A DNA stretch of 59,299 bases from positions 1 to 59,299 of the IMG/VR virus record IMGVR_UViG_3300046000_006837; one strand, given 5' to 3'. The notes beneath the pieces were generated by a model. It saw nothing but the letters and a program-made list of their open reading frames with translations. It did not search any database and was not told where the DNA came from. Position 1 is the first letter of the stretch. The number at the start of each line of letters is the position of its first letter. This document shows positions 33,346-42,649 of the stretch, in pieces. Made by a program: the position numbers and the translations under genes. This stretch comes from a virus (taxonomy: Duplodnaviria; Caudoviricetes).

Positions 33346-33747
33346 ATGAATAAAACACTCTTTTTATTAAGAGGATTGCCAGGTTCAGGTAAAACAACTT
33401 TGGCAAATCAATTAGGCGGATCTCTAGTTGAAGCCGACAGATATTTTATGGTATATGGTGAATATAAGTTTGATGCTGCTAAATTGAAAGAAGCTCATGC
33501 TTGGTGCAGGAATCAGGTTAAAGAGTGGATGGAAACCAATGATAGAGGATTTGATGTTCCCAGGATTGTTGTTTCCAATACCTTTACACAAGAATGGGAA
33601 ATGAAACCTTACTTTGATTTGGCAAAAGAACATGGTTATACGGTCTTTTCATTAATTGTGGAAAATAGACATGGAGGTAAAAATGTTCATGATTGCTCGG
33701 AAGAAACTATAACAAAGATGAGAGAAAGATTTGAAATTTCATTGTGA
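33346..33747 (+). CDS. P-loop kinase (AAA_33 / polynucleotide kinase-like)
   Basis: RGLPGSGKTT Walker A, EAD.YF, VSNTFT. Confidence 0.8.
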   Translation: MNKTLFLLRGLPGSGKTTLANQLGGSLVEADRYFMVYGEYKFDAAKLKEAHAWCRNQVKEWMETNDRGFDVPRIVVSNTFTQEWEMKPYFDLAKEHGYTVFSLIVENRHGGKNVHDCSEETITKMRERFEISL

Positions 33748-34036
33748 AAAAATATGAGACATAGTATTAAAAATAATTTTAAAACTCTTTAAATTATTTC
33801 CCTTATGACAGATGATTTAGAAAAAGAACTAATAAAGATTATGAAAGTACCGGTTAGACAAAATGTTTATGAATACATTTGGTCAAAGGTATTTCCAAAT
33901 GAAGAATTTGATTATAATGATTTCTATGATTGGTCAAGAGAAAACGCTAATATTGCATTAGAATTAGCTTTGCAGTATTGCGACCTAATGACTTGGAAAA
34001 GATGAGAGGAAGATTTGAAATTTCATTGTGAAAAAA
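33714..34036 (+). repeat. 39-bp direct repeat (33714-33752 and 33998-34036) flanking one ORF
   Basis: AAAGATGAGAGRAAGATTTGAAATTTCATTGTGAAAAAA, one mismatch. Confidence 0.9.
33805..34005 (+). CDS. hypothetical protein between direct repeats
   Basis: 66-aa ORF. Confidence 0.65.
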   Translation: MTDDLEKELIKIMKVPVRQNVYEYIWSKVFPNEEFDYNDFYDWSRENANIALELALQYCDLMTWKR

Positions 34037-34040
34037 CAAC

Positions 34041-34343
34041 ATGAAAAATAAAGGCGCGCTAAAAATAAAGATTGAGTCGTTCTCTAAATTAGAAAAAAAT
34101 TGGGGGAGTTACAATGAAGATGAAATAACCATTGAATCAATTATAACAGCGAACAAAGTTTTAGATAAGTTATCTGATATTGTAGAAATACAAAAAGTTC
34201 ATGTGTTTCCAATGAGAGATGGCGGTGTGCAGATTCAAATAGGAGAGTACAAAGAAATTGAAATATTCAATTATACAGTAACAGAAATAGAATTTGACAT
34301 AAACTTTAACGTCATCAACAAATATGTTTATGAACTTTATTAA
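34041..34343 (+). CDS. hypothetical protein
   Basis: L..NW.SY...P..DGGVQI motif. Confidence 0.7.
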   Translation: MKNKGALKIKIESFSKLEKNWGSYNEDEITIESIITANKVLDKLSDIVEIQKVHVFPMRDGGVQIQIGEYKEIEIFNYTVTEIEFDINFNVINKYVYELY

Positions 34344-34362
34344 CACTATAAAAAAAATAACC

Positions 34363-34707
34363 ATGAGTGGAGGATTTTTTAATTATGACCAGGCTCGAAT
34401 GAAGAATATGATTGATTCTATCGAAGAGTTAATTGAGAAAAATGGAAGGGCTAAAACAGAAGAAGAAATTAGGGAGGGTGCTTGGGGAACTCTTGATGAT
34501 GATTATTTTACTAAGTATCCTGATGAAAAGTTTTGGTATAAGTATTCGGATGAAGTTATAGAAGAGTTTAAAGAAGCAGTAAAGTACTTGAGTATTGCTT
34601 ATGTATATGCTCAAAGAGTTGATTGGTTAGTATCAGGTGATGATAGCGAGGAATCATTTATGGAAAGACTAAAGAAAGATTTAACCTTAAAAGTATATTT
34701 GAAATGA
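34363..34707 (+). CDS. conserved phage protein
   Basis: MSGG.F.Y...RVDWLVSGDD.EE motif. Confidence 0.8.
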   Translation: MSGGFFNYDQARMKNMIDSIEELIEKNGRAKTEEEIREGAWGTLDDDYFTKYPDEKFWYKYSDEVIEEFKEAVKYLSIAYVYAQRVDWLVSGDDSEESFMERLKKDLTLKVYLK

Positions 34708-34925
34708 AAAGCATGTTACTTCTTATTTTATTAGCGTGTGGGCTTACCTTTTTAGGATTGTATTGTGAATCTAAGAAAGATCCTTACGAGATTGGTATGC
34801 ACTGGTCATATAGTATCAGTTGTGAAAATGGATTTATCTTTAAAATACTAGATCAGCGAAGGGGTACGATTCAAATTTTTAATAGCGACGGGACTCCTTT
34901 AAAATGTGGAGAAAAAATATACTAA
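34704..34925 (+). CDS. small secreted/membrane protein
   Basis: hydrophobic N-terminus. Confidence 0.6.
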   Translation: MKSMLLLILLACGLTFLGLYCESKKDPYEIGMHWSYSISCENGFIFKILDQRRGTIQIFNSDGTPLKCGEKIY

Positions 34926-35083
34926 AAACTTGCATATCGGATATATATTTTCGATAGCCTGTACCCTTGAGAAACTCGTATTAGCCAAGCTGTGAATATA
35001 ACGGCAGGTAAGATAAGCAGGCATGCTCTGATATAAAGGGGTAGTAGAATAAAGAGCAAATTTTAACTTATAAATGAAAAAAG

Positions 35084-35257
35084 ATGTTTGAGAAGATGTA
35101 TGAAGGTTTTAAAGATGTGGATGATCCTAGTAGATTGTATGAGATTAAAATGGATATTAGGAGATCCAGATATGAAATGTATGAAAAATATTTTAGTAAC
35201 CTAGCAAAGCCTATCGTTAAATTTTTTACCGATGATTGGTTTGTTTTAAAAAGATAA
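35084..35257 (+). CDS. hypothetical protein (57 aa, not in ORF track)
   Basis: MFEKMYEGFKDVDD...WFVLKR*; ends 1 bp before next ATG. Confidence 0.5.
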   Translation: MFEKMYEGFKDVDDPSRLYEIKMDIRRSRYEMYEKYFSNLAKPIVKFFTDDWFVLKR

Positions 35258-35258
35258 T

Positions 35259-36023
35259 ATGAAGACAGTAATTATTGGAGACATTCATGGTAGAATATCA
35301 TGGGAGAAGATTGTAGAAAAAGAAAATGATGCAGATAGATTTATATTTGTAGGAGATTACTTTGATACACATGAAGATATAAGAATTATAGTTCAATTAC
35401 ATAATTTTAAACGTTTGATTGACTTTAAGAAGGAGTCTAAAGCAGATGTTATTATGTTAATTGGTAATCATGACTTTCATTACATGCCTTTTGCTAATGA
35501 GACGTATTCAGGACATCAGAGAGGACACCATCATACTATTCAGGAGTTATTGATGGAAAATATAAATGAGTTATCTATGTGTTATAAGATGGATAATTAT
35601 TTATTTAGTCATGCGGGAGTTAGTTCTGAATGGTTAGAGTACTGGGGTGGTCGGATGAAGGTAAATATGAAGAATGATGTTGATGTTATTGTTAATGATT
35701 TATTTATTGGTTCTCCCCGCGCTTTTAAATTTGCCGGATGGGACCCTTATGGAGACAGTGTTGAATCTTCCCCTATATGGATCCGGCCTAAGTCATTACA
35801 GGAATCTAACTATGATACCTTCCGGAAAAAGTACATCCAGGTTGTAGGCCATACACAACAAAAGAAAATAGATATTAAGGGGCAAACTACGGGAGGGAGA
35901 TACTACTACATTGACACTCTAGGTACCAGCCAGGAATATCTAATTATCAAAGATGGTGAAGTTAGCGTAGGTCAATTATCAGATGATTTTACTTCATATC
36001 AATCTTCTTCGAAAGAAATTTAG
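35259..36023 (+). CDS. calcineurin-like metallophosphoesterase
   Basis: GDIHG, GDYFD, GNHD, HAG, GHT motifs. Confidence 0.9.
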   Translation: MKTVIIGDIHGRISWEKIVEKENDADRFIFVGDYFDTHEDIRIIVQLHNFKRLIDFKKESKADVIMLIGNHDFHYMPFANETYSGHQRGHHHTIQELLMENINELSMCYKMDNYLFSHAGVSSEWLEYWGGRMKVNMKNDVDVIVNDLFIGSPRAFKFAGWDPYGDSVESSPIWIRPKSLQESNYDTFRKKYIQVVGHTQQKKIDIKGQTTGGRYYYIDTLGTSQEYLIIKDGEVSVGQLSDDFTSYQSSSKEI

Positions 36024-36071
36024 GTTTTCTAGAAAAATTGTTTTATATTTGTAAAGTTGTAAAAATAAAGT

Positions 36072-36437
36072 ATGAAAAAAGAAAATTTTAAAAACATTTT
36101 GAAATCTTATCGTGATGTATTCACTCACTTATGTGATTTACATGATATTGGATTTGACTTATTAGATAATAAACGTTTTCCCATAAACGATTTGATTTCT
36201 AATATATTTAGCCAAAGTATCCTATCCCACTACAACGATGAAGGATTAGATTGGGTAACATGGTATCTTTTGGAATTTATTAAAGTTGATGCTCTTAGTT
36301 CAGATGCTGATTTGATGTACCCGGATAGAGAACCTGCCGCATGGGATTCCAATGGAGCTCCTATATGTTTTAATATTGATGTATTATATGATTACATTAA
36401 TAAGAATTGTAAACCTGAAAAACAAGAATGTTGCTAG
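36072..36437 (+). CDS. hypothetical protein
   Basis: ORF after promoter 36020-36051. Confidence 0.75.
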   Translation: MKKENFKNILKSYRDVFTHLCDLHDIGFDLLDNKRFPINDLISNIFSQSILSHYNDEGLDWVTWYLLEFIKVDALSSDADLMYPDREPAAWDSNGAPICFNIDVLYDYINKNCKPEKQECC

Positions 36438-36745
36438 TAAAATCAAAAGTTGTACATTGTAAGAAAGAAAGTTATAATGTATATATTGGAAGGCCGAGCA
36501 AGTGGGGGAACCCTTTCACGCACCGGCCAGATGGAAAAACTCTTGCTAAGTATGTAGTTAAAGATAGAGATACTGCTGTCAATGCTTATAGAGAGTGGAT
36601 TACAAATGGAGAAGGAAAACATTTATTGGATGATTTACATGAATTAAAAGGTGGAAAGATTCTTGGATGTTGGTGTAAGCCACAAGCATGTCATGGAGAT
36701 GTTTTATTAGAATTGTTAGATAAATTAACCCCGCAAAATAAATAA
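36428..36745 (+). CDS. DUF4326-like protein
   Basis: YIGRPSKWGNPF...LGCWCKP..CHGDVL. Confidence 0.8.
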   Translation: MLLVKSKVVHCKKESYNVYIGRPSKWGNPFTHRPDGKTLAKYVVKDRDTAVNAYREWITNGEGKHLLDDLHELKGGKILGCWCKPQACHGDVLLELLDKLTPQNK

Positions 36746-36746
36746 C

Positions 36747-36989
36747 ATGAATTTAGAATCTATACTTGAAAAATATCCGGATGAAACATTTTTAAAAGCA
36801 GATGGATTTGATGATGCTATACTTGGAGTGGATGAATCTTCCATGCGTCTTATCTATTCTATATCTAAATGTATTGATATTCTGATGGAAGACATGTCAG
36901 ATGAAGATGCCTTAGAACATTTTTATTATAATGTCAGCGGTTCATATATGGGAGAACAAACTCCTATCTGGTGCGATGATCTTGATTAA
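36747..36989 (+). CDS. conserved phage protein
   Basis: DGFDDAI.G...A.E.F.YN..G.Y.GE.TP. Confidence 0.8.
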   Translation: MNLESILEKYPDETFLKADGFDDAILGVDESSMRLIYSISKCIDILMEDMSDEDALEHFYYNVSGSYMGEQTPIWCDDLD

Positions 36990-37004
36990 CTTAAATTAAA
37001 GGAC

Positions 37005-37262
37005 ATGGAAGATAAATTATATGAAGAATATTTGGTTTGGTTAAAAAAAACACATAACATCACTCCAGATGATAAGTATATGGGATTAAAAGAGCTCGAA
37101 TCATTAAAAACATTGAGAGATGAGTTTATGGGTTTGTTGGGTGAAACTCAAATGGTGGTGATGATGAAAGAAGAAGGTAGTTTTGAAAAAAACAAGAATT
37201 ATTGGGAAGCCAAATATTCCATTCTTACATTTGATGAATACAAAAACTCAAAACAAAAATAA
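37005..37262 (+). CDS. hypothetical protein
   Basis: ORF. Confidence 0.7.
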   Translation: MEDKLYEEYLVWLKKTHNITPDDKYMGLKELESLKTLRDEFMGLLGETQMVVMMKEEGSFEKNKNYWEAKYSILTFDEYKNSKQK

Positions 37263-37268
37263 CATTAC

Positions 37269-37459
37269 TTATAACGGTTACAGATAAACGCAGTTCTAAC
37301 TTAAATTAAATGATATGACAAACGAAGATTTATTAAAAGAAAATGGATGGGAAATTGAATGTGAAAGCCCATTTGAGATACGACACGAAGATGGAAGTTT
37401 TGCAAGTATGAACGCTGCTTATAGAGTAGTTGAAGAATTGCGTTTATCTGATGTTATGA
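37269..37459. mobile_element. attC-like site 1 (large loop)
   Basis: TTATAAC...CAGATAAACGCAGTTCT / AGAATTGCGTTTATCTG...GTTATGA. Confidence 0.55.
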
Positions 37460-37560
37460 GTAGTGTTTTATTGATTAAAGATGCCTACAAAGCTGAACTG
37501 ATTAATAAAGATATGTTCATAACTAAAATGATAGACTTACTTGAAAAACATTACTCATAA
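37315..37560 (+). CDS. hypothetical protein spanning attC-like site 1
   Basis: starts in loop of site 1, stop is the TAA of the next TAAC. Confidence 0.7.
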   Translation: MTNEDLLKENGWEIECESPFEIRHEDGSFASMNAAYRVVEELRLSDVMSSVLLIKDAYKAELINKDMFITKMIDLLEKHYS

Positions 37561-37688
37561 CGGATTGACGGTTGGCGTTCTTTGTCGACTTTGAAACACG
37601 ACACTTTAACGTAAAAACAAAATTTGATATGGAAAACACTATTTCAATAAACCACGAAAACGGCAATGACGCTAAACGCTTGTTAACA
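37555..37688. mobile_element. attC-like site 2
   Basis: TCATAAC...GTTGGCGTT / GACGCTAAACG...GTTAACA. Confidence 0.5.
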
Positions 37689-37910
37689 GCCGTTACTTTT
37701 GATGCCATTCATAATGCAGTAAGCAATTTCGTTCTTACGAACAATCGAAGACCAGCGTTAATTGTAATGCATCCTGCCGATGGCCAAAAGTTCATAGAAT
37801 TACTTTACAATGAATATGGTTACTGTGCGATGCCAAATCTTATGAATTATCGAGGAATGAAATTGATTCGCTCTTTTGATGTCGAAGAAGGTCGTTGGTT
37901 GGTCTATTAA
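37629..37910 (+). CDS. hypothetical protein spanning attC-like site 2
   Basis: ATG 37629 in loop of site 2. Confidence 0.7.
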   Translation: MENTISINHENGNDAKRLLTAVTFDAIHNAVSNFVLTNNRRPALIVMHPADGQKFIELLYNEYGYCAMPNLMNYRGMKLIRSFDVEEGRWLVY

Positions 37911-37976
37911 TGGCTTGGAGATATTATATCAAAAGTAAAAAGGTTATTATAAATTCTTAAACCTAAATTTATTATT

Positions 37977-38534
37977 ATGTACATTTTAATTATTTTATTC
38001 ATTGTTGTAATTTGTTATATCCCCGCGATAATTCTGTATTACTACATTAAATCATACATATCTTATAAAATAGGATTGTATAAGTTAGAGAAGAAGTTTG
38101 GTTCAATGTCAAGCAAAGGTGCGAGGTATAAATTTCCTCCCGTAGCTTTCAAAGATATTCTACTATGTTTCTCCAACCACAGAGAAGATAGATATAACTA
38201 TCTAGGCATTTCTTGGAATATATTTAAAGAAGGTACAGATTTACATGAATACCTAGAAGACTTTATTATGTTTGTTGCAAAGAAAGCTAAACCTTGGTGG
38301 TGTCCTACATTTGTGCTAAATCTCCTTAATTTATTTGCTAATGATAACTCGATTGTTAGGTGCAGGAACCAACATTTAGCATCTGCTTTTAGAAATATTA
38401 CTGGCGGATTGTTAATAACTGACATAAAAGAAAAGTACGGTACAATAAGAGTTTATGGTTATTTTACTAAAGAGGTTGACGAGGAATTAACAAAACTAGA
38501 AAAACTAGTTAATCCGCATTTAAAGGCTTATTAA
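37977..38534 (+). CDS. membrane-anchored hypothetical protein
   Basis: N-terminal TM; IKEKYG.IR.Y motif. Confidence 0.75.
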   Translation: MYILIILFIVVICYIPAIILYYYIKSYISYKIGLYKLEKKFGSMSSKGARYKFPPVAFKDILLCFSNHREDRYNYLGISWNIFKEGTDLHEYLEDFIMFVAKKAKPWWCPTFVLNLLNLFANDNSIVRCRNQHLASAFRNITGGLLITDIKEKYGTIRVYGYFTKEVDEELTKLEKLVNPHLKAY

Positions 38535-38535
38535 T

Positions 38536-38835
38536 ATGGTTGTAAAAAACAGAAAAGAATATCTTAGAAACAGGTTTGCTAATTTACCGGAGGAAAAGAA
38601 GGAGGAGCATAAGAGAAAAAGATTAGCTGATTACCACTCCATGTCTGAGTATGCTAGGCAAAAAGAAGTGAAAAGACGACAACAATATTACATAGAAAAC
38701 AAAGAGAAGTTGAAAGAAAAACAAAGAGCATACTACGCAGAAAACAGGGAAATTTATGTTGAATACGCTAGGAATAAAAGAGAACAAGAAAAAGAATTAA
38801 AAAAGTCCTTAATTAGTTTGGAAGTTACAAAATAA
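38536..38835 (+). CDS. basic helical hypothetical protein
   Basis: K/R/E-rich YY..N repeats. Confidence 0.7.
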   Translation: MVVKNRKEYLRNRFANLPEEKKEEHKRKRLADYHSMSEYARQKEVKRRQQYYIENKEKLKEKQRAYYAENREIYVEYARNKREQEKELKKSLISLEVTK

Positions 38836-38867
38836 TAAGTTATCTTTGTGCCATTAAATCATAGTTT

Positions 38868-39998
38868 ATGAAAAATGAAAATAGTGTTTGTTTCGTGTCC
38901 GTGATAAATGATATTCAATCTATTCCGGATGCTGATAACATAGAACTAGCTGTTATAAATGGCTGGCACTGTGTTGTAAAAAAAGGTTCTCACTCAATCG
39001 GAGATTTAGTTATTTGCGCTACTACAGATGCTATGATACCTTTAGAAATTTCAGAGAAATTAGGTATCACCAATTATCTCCGTAACAAAGAAAGAGTTAG
39101 GACAATTAAGCTAAGAGGTGTTTACAGTGAATGTTTGATAATGCCTATTGATTTGATTCCGGAAAATAAAAGGAAAAAATGGGAGGATGTAATGGATGTT
39201 CTTAAAATAGCTAAGTATGAACCTGCGGTTAAAATGATTAGATTAGCCAATGGTAAAAAAAGAAAATACCGTGAAAATCCTAATTTTCCTATTTACTATA
39301 AATTCCCTAATTTTAAAAATGTTCCTAATATTTTTGATGAAAATGATTATGTCGAAATTACTAGGAAAATACATGGAACAAATGCAAGATACGGGATTGT
39401 TAAGAAGAATAAGCTATCTCTGTGGATCAAAATTAAAAAATTCTTTGGTTTTGAGACAGGTTGGGATGAATATGAATTCGTGGTAGGTTCTCATAACGTA
39501 GAAAAAGGATCTGATAGTCAAGGTTTTTATGATACTAATGTTTGGTATGATATTGAAAAAAAATATGATATCAAAAATAAGCTCTGGAACCTTGTTAAGA
39601 AAAATTTTGGTGGTTATACTCGCATGAGCTCTGGTTTTATAATCTACGGAGAAATATATGGAAAAGGAATCCAGAAAAACTATGAGTATGGATTAGATGA
39701 TATACAGCTATGTATTTTCGATATTGAACTAGATAAAAAGTATTTCAATTTGTCCGCAGCTCAATATATGACTGAAGAATATTTAAATCTACCCTACGTT
39801 GAAGTCCTATATAAAGGACTTTATTTAGAGGAAGTAAAAAATTTATTCGTGTTTAATAATTTTATAGACAACACTAAAGTTCCTCATGAAGGTGTTGTTA
39901 TAAAAGCTGTTGATGGAAATAGAGCAAAAGTAGCTAAAGTAATAAACCCAGATTACTTAATTTATAGCGAAAAAAATAATGTTGGGGATTCACATTAA
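38868..39998 (+). CDS. ATP-dependent RNA ligase (DRB0094-like) with N-terminal OB-like domain
   Basis: I..I..AD.IE...GW..VV.KG N-terminus; KIHGTN (motif I), YGEIYG, FDI, EGVV, K..N..YL. Confidence 0.85.
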   Translation: MKNENSVCFVSVINDIQSIPDADNIELAVINGWHCVVKKGSHSIGDLVICATTDAMIPLEISEKLGITNYLRNKERVRTIKLRGVYSECLIMPIDLIPENKRKKWEDVMDVLKIAKYEPAVKMIRLANGKKRKYRENPNFPIYYKFPNFKNVPNIFDENDYVEITRKIHGTNARYGIVKKNKLSLWIKIKKFFGFETGWDEYEFVVGSHNVEKGSDSQGFYDTNVWYDIEKKYDIKNKLWNLVKKNFGGYTRMSSGFIIYGEIYGKGIQKNYEYGLDDIQLCIFDIELDKKYFNLSAAQYMTEEYLNLPYVEVLYKGLYLEEVKNLFVFNNFIDNTKVPHEGVVIKAVDGNRAKVAKVINPDYLIYSEKNNVGDSH

Positions 39999-40022
39999 TC
40001 AATCACAATTATATCACAAAGT

Positions 40023-40247
40023 ATGAGAAAAGTTTTTGTTAATTTATTGGTTTTATTGTTCTTCTTAATAACAACTTGTATTGGGTCTTTTATGGTTATG
40101 GTATGTTGGAATTTTTCAATTGCTGATTATTTTGAATTGAAAGATTTATCCTTCCTTCAATCTTTTGGATTCTATGTCATGTTAAGAATTATCCTAGACA
40201 ATCCTATAAAGATAGAGGCAACGGATCAGTCTGATAAGGACGAATAA
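40023..40247 (+). CDS. small membrane protein
   Basis: hydrophobic segments. Confidence 0.65.
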   Translation: MRKVFVNLLVLLFFLITTCIGSFMVMVCWNFSIADYFELKDLSFLQSFGFYVMLRIILDNPIKIEATDQSDKDE

Positions 40248-40302
40248 AATAAACAAGTATGAGGCCTTTTTACAAAGGCTTCATATTTATTTAAAAGATA
40301 TT

Positions 40303-40956
40303 ATGGATTCTAAGAAAATAGACTCGGTTAAATTTGGAAATCAACCAGAAGATTATGTAAGAAAAATTGAGAAAGATAAGTACGGAACTCTAGAAAAATC
40401 AAAAGATTCCGGTATGATAGATGAATTTATAAAAAAGTTCCCTCCTCCAAAGAATTCTTCCGATACTACAAAGAAAGAACTTGAACATCTTAAAAAGATT
40501 TCTGATAATGTTACGGATAAAGAAAAAAGTATGTGTTTTTACATGGAGCATCATCATTTAGATTTCTTCGTGAAAACGGCGGAAAAATTGGGTATTAAAG
40601 GTGTAGACCGGAAAAAAGTTAACTCCTGGGCTGATGAGGCTTTTCCTATAGTGTACTATCTTAAAGATCACTTCAATAGACCTAGGCCAAATGAACTAGC
40701 CGGAGAGTACGGAATTAAGCTACATCCTATAACTAGAACCGATGCAAATTCAGCTGCTTACCCTTCCGGACATACCATGGATTTCCTAGTTATGATTTAC
40801 CAATTAATGAAATTGAAACCCTCCTCTAGAAAATATTTTGTAGATCTCTACAATAAAATAAAGGATGTTAGAGAGTTATCGGGAGTTCACTATCCGTCTG
40901 ACGGCGATGGAAGTGAAGAATTGTTCAAATTAATGTTGAAATACAAAATAATATAG
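40303..40956 (+). CDS. PAP2/haloperoxidase-superfamily phosphatase
   Basis: K....RPRP, YPSGH, R...GVHYPSD. Confidence 0.85.
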   Translation: MDSKKIDSVKFGNQPEDYVRKIEKDKYGTLEKSKDSGMIDEFIKKFPPPKNSSDTTKKELEHLKKISDNVTDKEKSMCFYMEHHHLDFFVKTAEKLGIKGVDRKKVNSWADEAFPIVYYLKDHFNRPRPNELAGEYGIKLHPITRTDANSAAYPSGHTMDFLVMIYQLMKLKPSSRKYFVDLYNKIKDVRELSGVHYPSDGDGSEELFKLMLKYKII

Positions 40957-41023
40957 TTATATTTGCGCAATAAACTTAATGGGTTTATTAAACAAAATTT
41001 AGTTTACTAAAAAGTTTCAAAAA

Positions 41024-41887
41024 ATGAAAGCAGAATTAATTGATTTTATGGGAAGCGACCTTAAGATTGCAAATGTCGCTAGAGTTTCTTATGACAAAGA
41101 GGCATCAAATTATCCGGATAGTCAAAATGAAAACCTATTAGAATTCTTATGGGAGGAAGGGCACGTATCTCCCTTCAGGCATGCGCAATTACAATTTAGG
41201 TTGTCATGTCCAATATATGTAGAAAGGCAGCTTAGAAAGCACGAAATTGGCGTTGAAGTGAATTTACCAATGGAGAATATGTCTGTAAATTCGATATCCG
41301 GAAGGTATGTAGATTTCTCAGATTCTTACTATGCTATTCAAACATTTAGATCACAGTCAAAAGACTCAAAACAAGGCAGTGGCGAAGATCTAAATAAATT
41401 AAGTAATGTAATAGCGAATCTTATTCAAGATGAACTAATAGAGAATGCTAGAGTAGCTTATGAAAAGTTACTTGAGTTAGGAACAAGCAAAGAACAGGCT
41501 AGATCAGTACTTCCATTATCCTTAGAGACAACTTTTATTTGGACTATGAGTTTTTTAGCTTTCATGCACTTAGTTAAATTAAGAATCAAAAAAGATGTGC
41601 AAAAAGAGACTAGAGACTTAGTTGCAGATATGTTGGAACAAGTAAAAAACATGCCGGGTAATCCTTTTAAGAAGTCTTTAGAACTCTTGGAAAGAAAAGA
41701 AGAAGCGTTTATTGTGACAAATAATAGCGGAGATATTGTATCTATATTTACTAGTCTAAGAAAATTAAAAAAACATTTCTCGAATAAAGGTTGGATTTTT
41801 GATAAAACTTCCTTATCTTTGCAGAATAATTTGAGAACATTATTTATTACCAAAATGGGATTAGACGGAAGTTATGAAGAGATCTAA
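41024..41887 (+). CDS. thyX: FAD-dependent thymidylate synthase
   Basis: ARVS, H.SPF.H, S.RY, E.AR.VLP, Q.E.R motifs. Confidence 0.9.
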   Translation: MKAELIDFMGSDLKIANVARVSYDKEASNYPDSQNENLLEFLWEEGHVSPFRHAQLQFRLSCPIYVERQLRKHEIGVEVNLPMENMSVNSISGRYVDFSDSYYAIQTFRSQSKDSKQGSGEDLNKLSNVIANLIQDELIENARVAYEKLLELGTSKEQARSVLPLSLETTFIWTMSFLAFMHLVKLRIKKDVQKETRDLVADMLEQVKNMPGNPFKKSLELLERKEEAFIVTNNSGDIVSIFTSLRKLKKHFSNKGWIFDKTSLSLQNNLRTLFITKMGLDGSYEEI

Positions 41888-42377
41888 AGGTATTTTTTAC
41901 ATTGAGGGAGTTATAGGAAGCGAAGTATATGCTTCTCTATTTAGAAAAAATTTGTACGGAAAAGAGAATTATGATAAAACCATAATTTTTGATGAAATCA
42001 TGCATAAAATAGATGGAGAGATAAGAATAGAGTCTTTAGTCTATCCAGGAAAAGATGCTAAGATAATTCAGCAAAATGAGTTTGATAAGAAAGGAATTTC
42101 AAAAATTGGACTTGTTTCAGATAAAATAGATAATGTTTACTTTCTATATCCTCCTACGGGTTGGTATGATAGCGAAATCCATTTAGATGAGCATGGAGAA
42201 GTTGAACAAGTCATTTTTGATTTCAAGTATTTAGATTCAGAGGATCCGAATGATATAGATGATTTACTATTCTTTGATTCAAAGTACCTTCGTCTATTTA
42301 TGGATAATTCTCTAAAAGTAAAGGACTGTTATAAATTCACAAACTTAAATTTACTATGTTACAATCACCAGATTTAA
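41874..42377 (+). CDS. hypothetical protein
   Basis: ORF; promoter at 41791-41821 inside thyX 3' end. Confidence 0.7.
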   Translation: MKRSKGIFYIEGVIGSEVYASLFRKNLYGKENYDKTIIFDEIMHKIDGEIRIESLVYPGKDAKIIQQNEFDKKGISKIGLVSDKIDNVYFLYPPTGWYDSEIHLDEHGEVEQVIFDFKYLDSEDPNDIDDLLFFDSKYLRLFMDNSLKVKDCYKFTNLNLLCYNHQI

Positions 42378-42649
42378 AAAGGGAGTTACCTAAATTTATT
42401 ATTGCTTCTACTTCTTACTTAGCACAAGAAACATTTATATTTGAAGCAGAGGACATGGGAGGATTCCCTAAAATAGTAAAATCAGGAGGACTAGAAGAAT
42501 TAACCGGATTGGCGAAAAGGTGGGGAGATGAAAATTGGGCATCTAAAGAAGATGCGGTAAATTTATATGCCTCGGGTTCTTATGTGCGTGTTAATAATGA
42601 AGTACCTAATTTTGATAGTGCTTATTTGTATATGTTAAAAAATGATTAA
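42356..42649 (+). CDS. hypothetical protein
   Basis: ORF. Confidence 0.7.
   Translation: MLQSPDLKRELPKFIIASTSYLAQETFIFEAEDMGGFPKIVKSGGLEELTGLAKRWGDENWASKEDAVNLYASGSYVRVNNEVPNFDSAYLYMLKND

Noticed and set aside
625-41853. Minus-strand ORFs overlapping + strand genes in the early/middle region
   Set aside because: They are antisense shadows of well-supported + strand genes, with no promoters or recognisable motifs.
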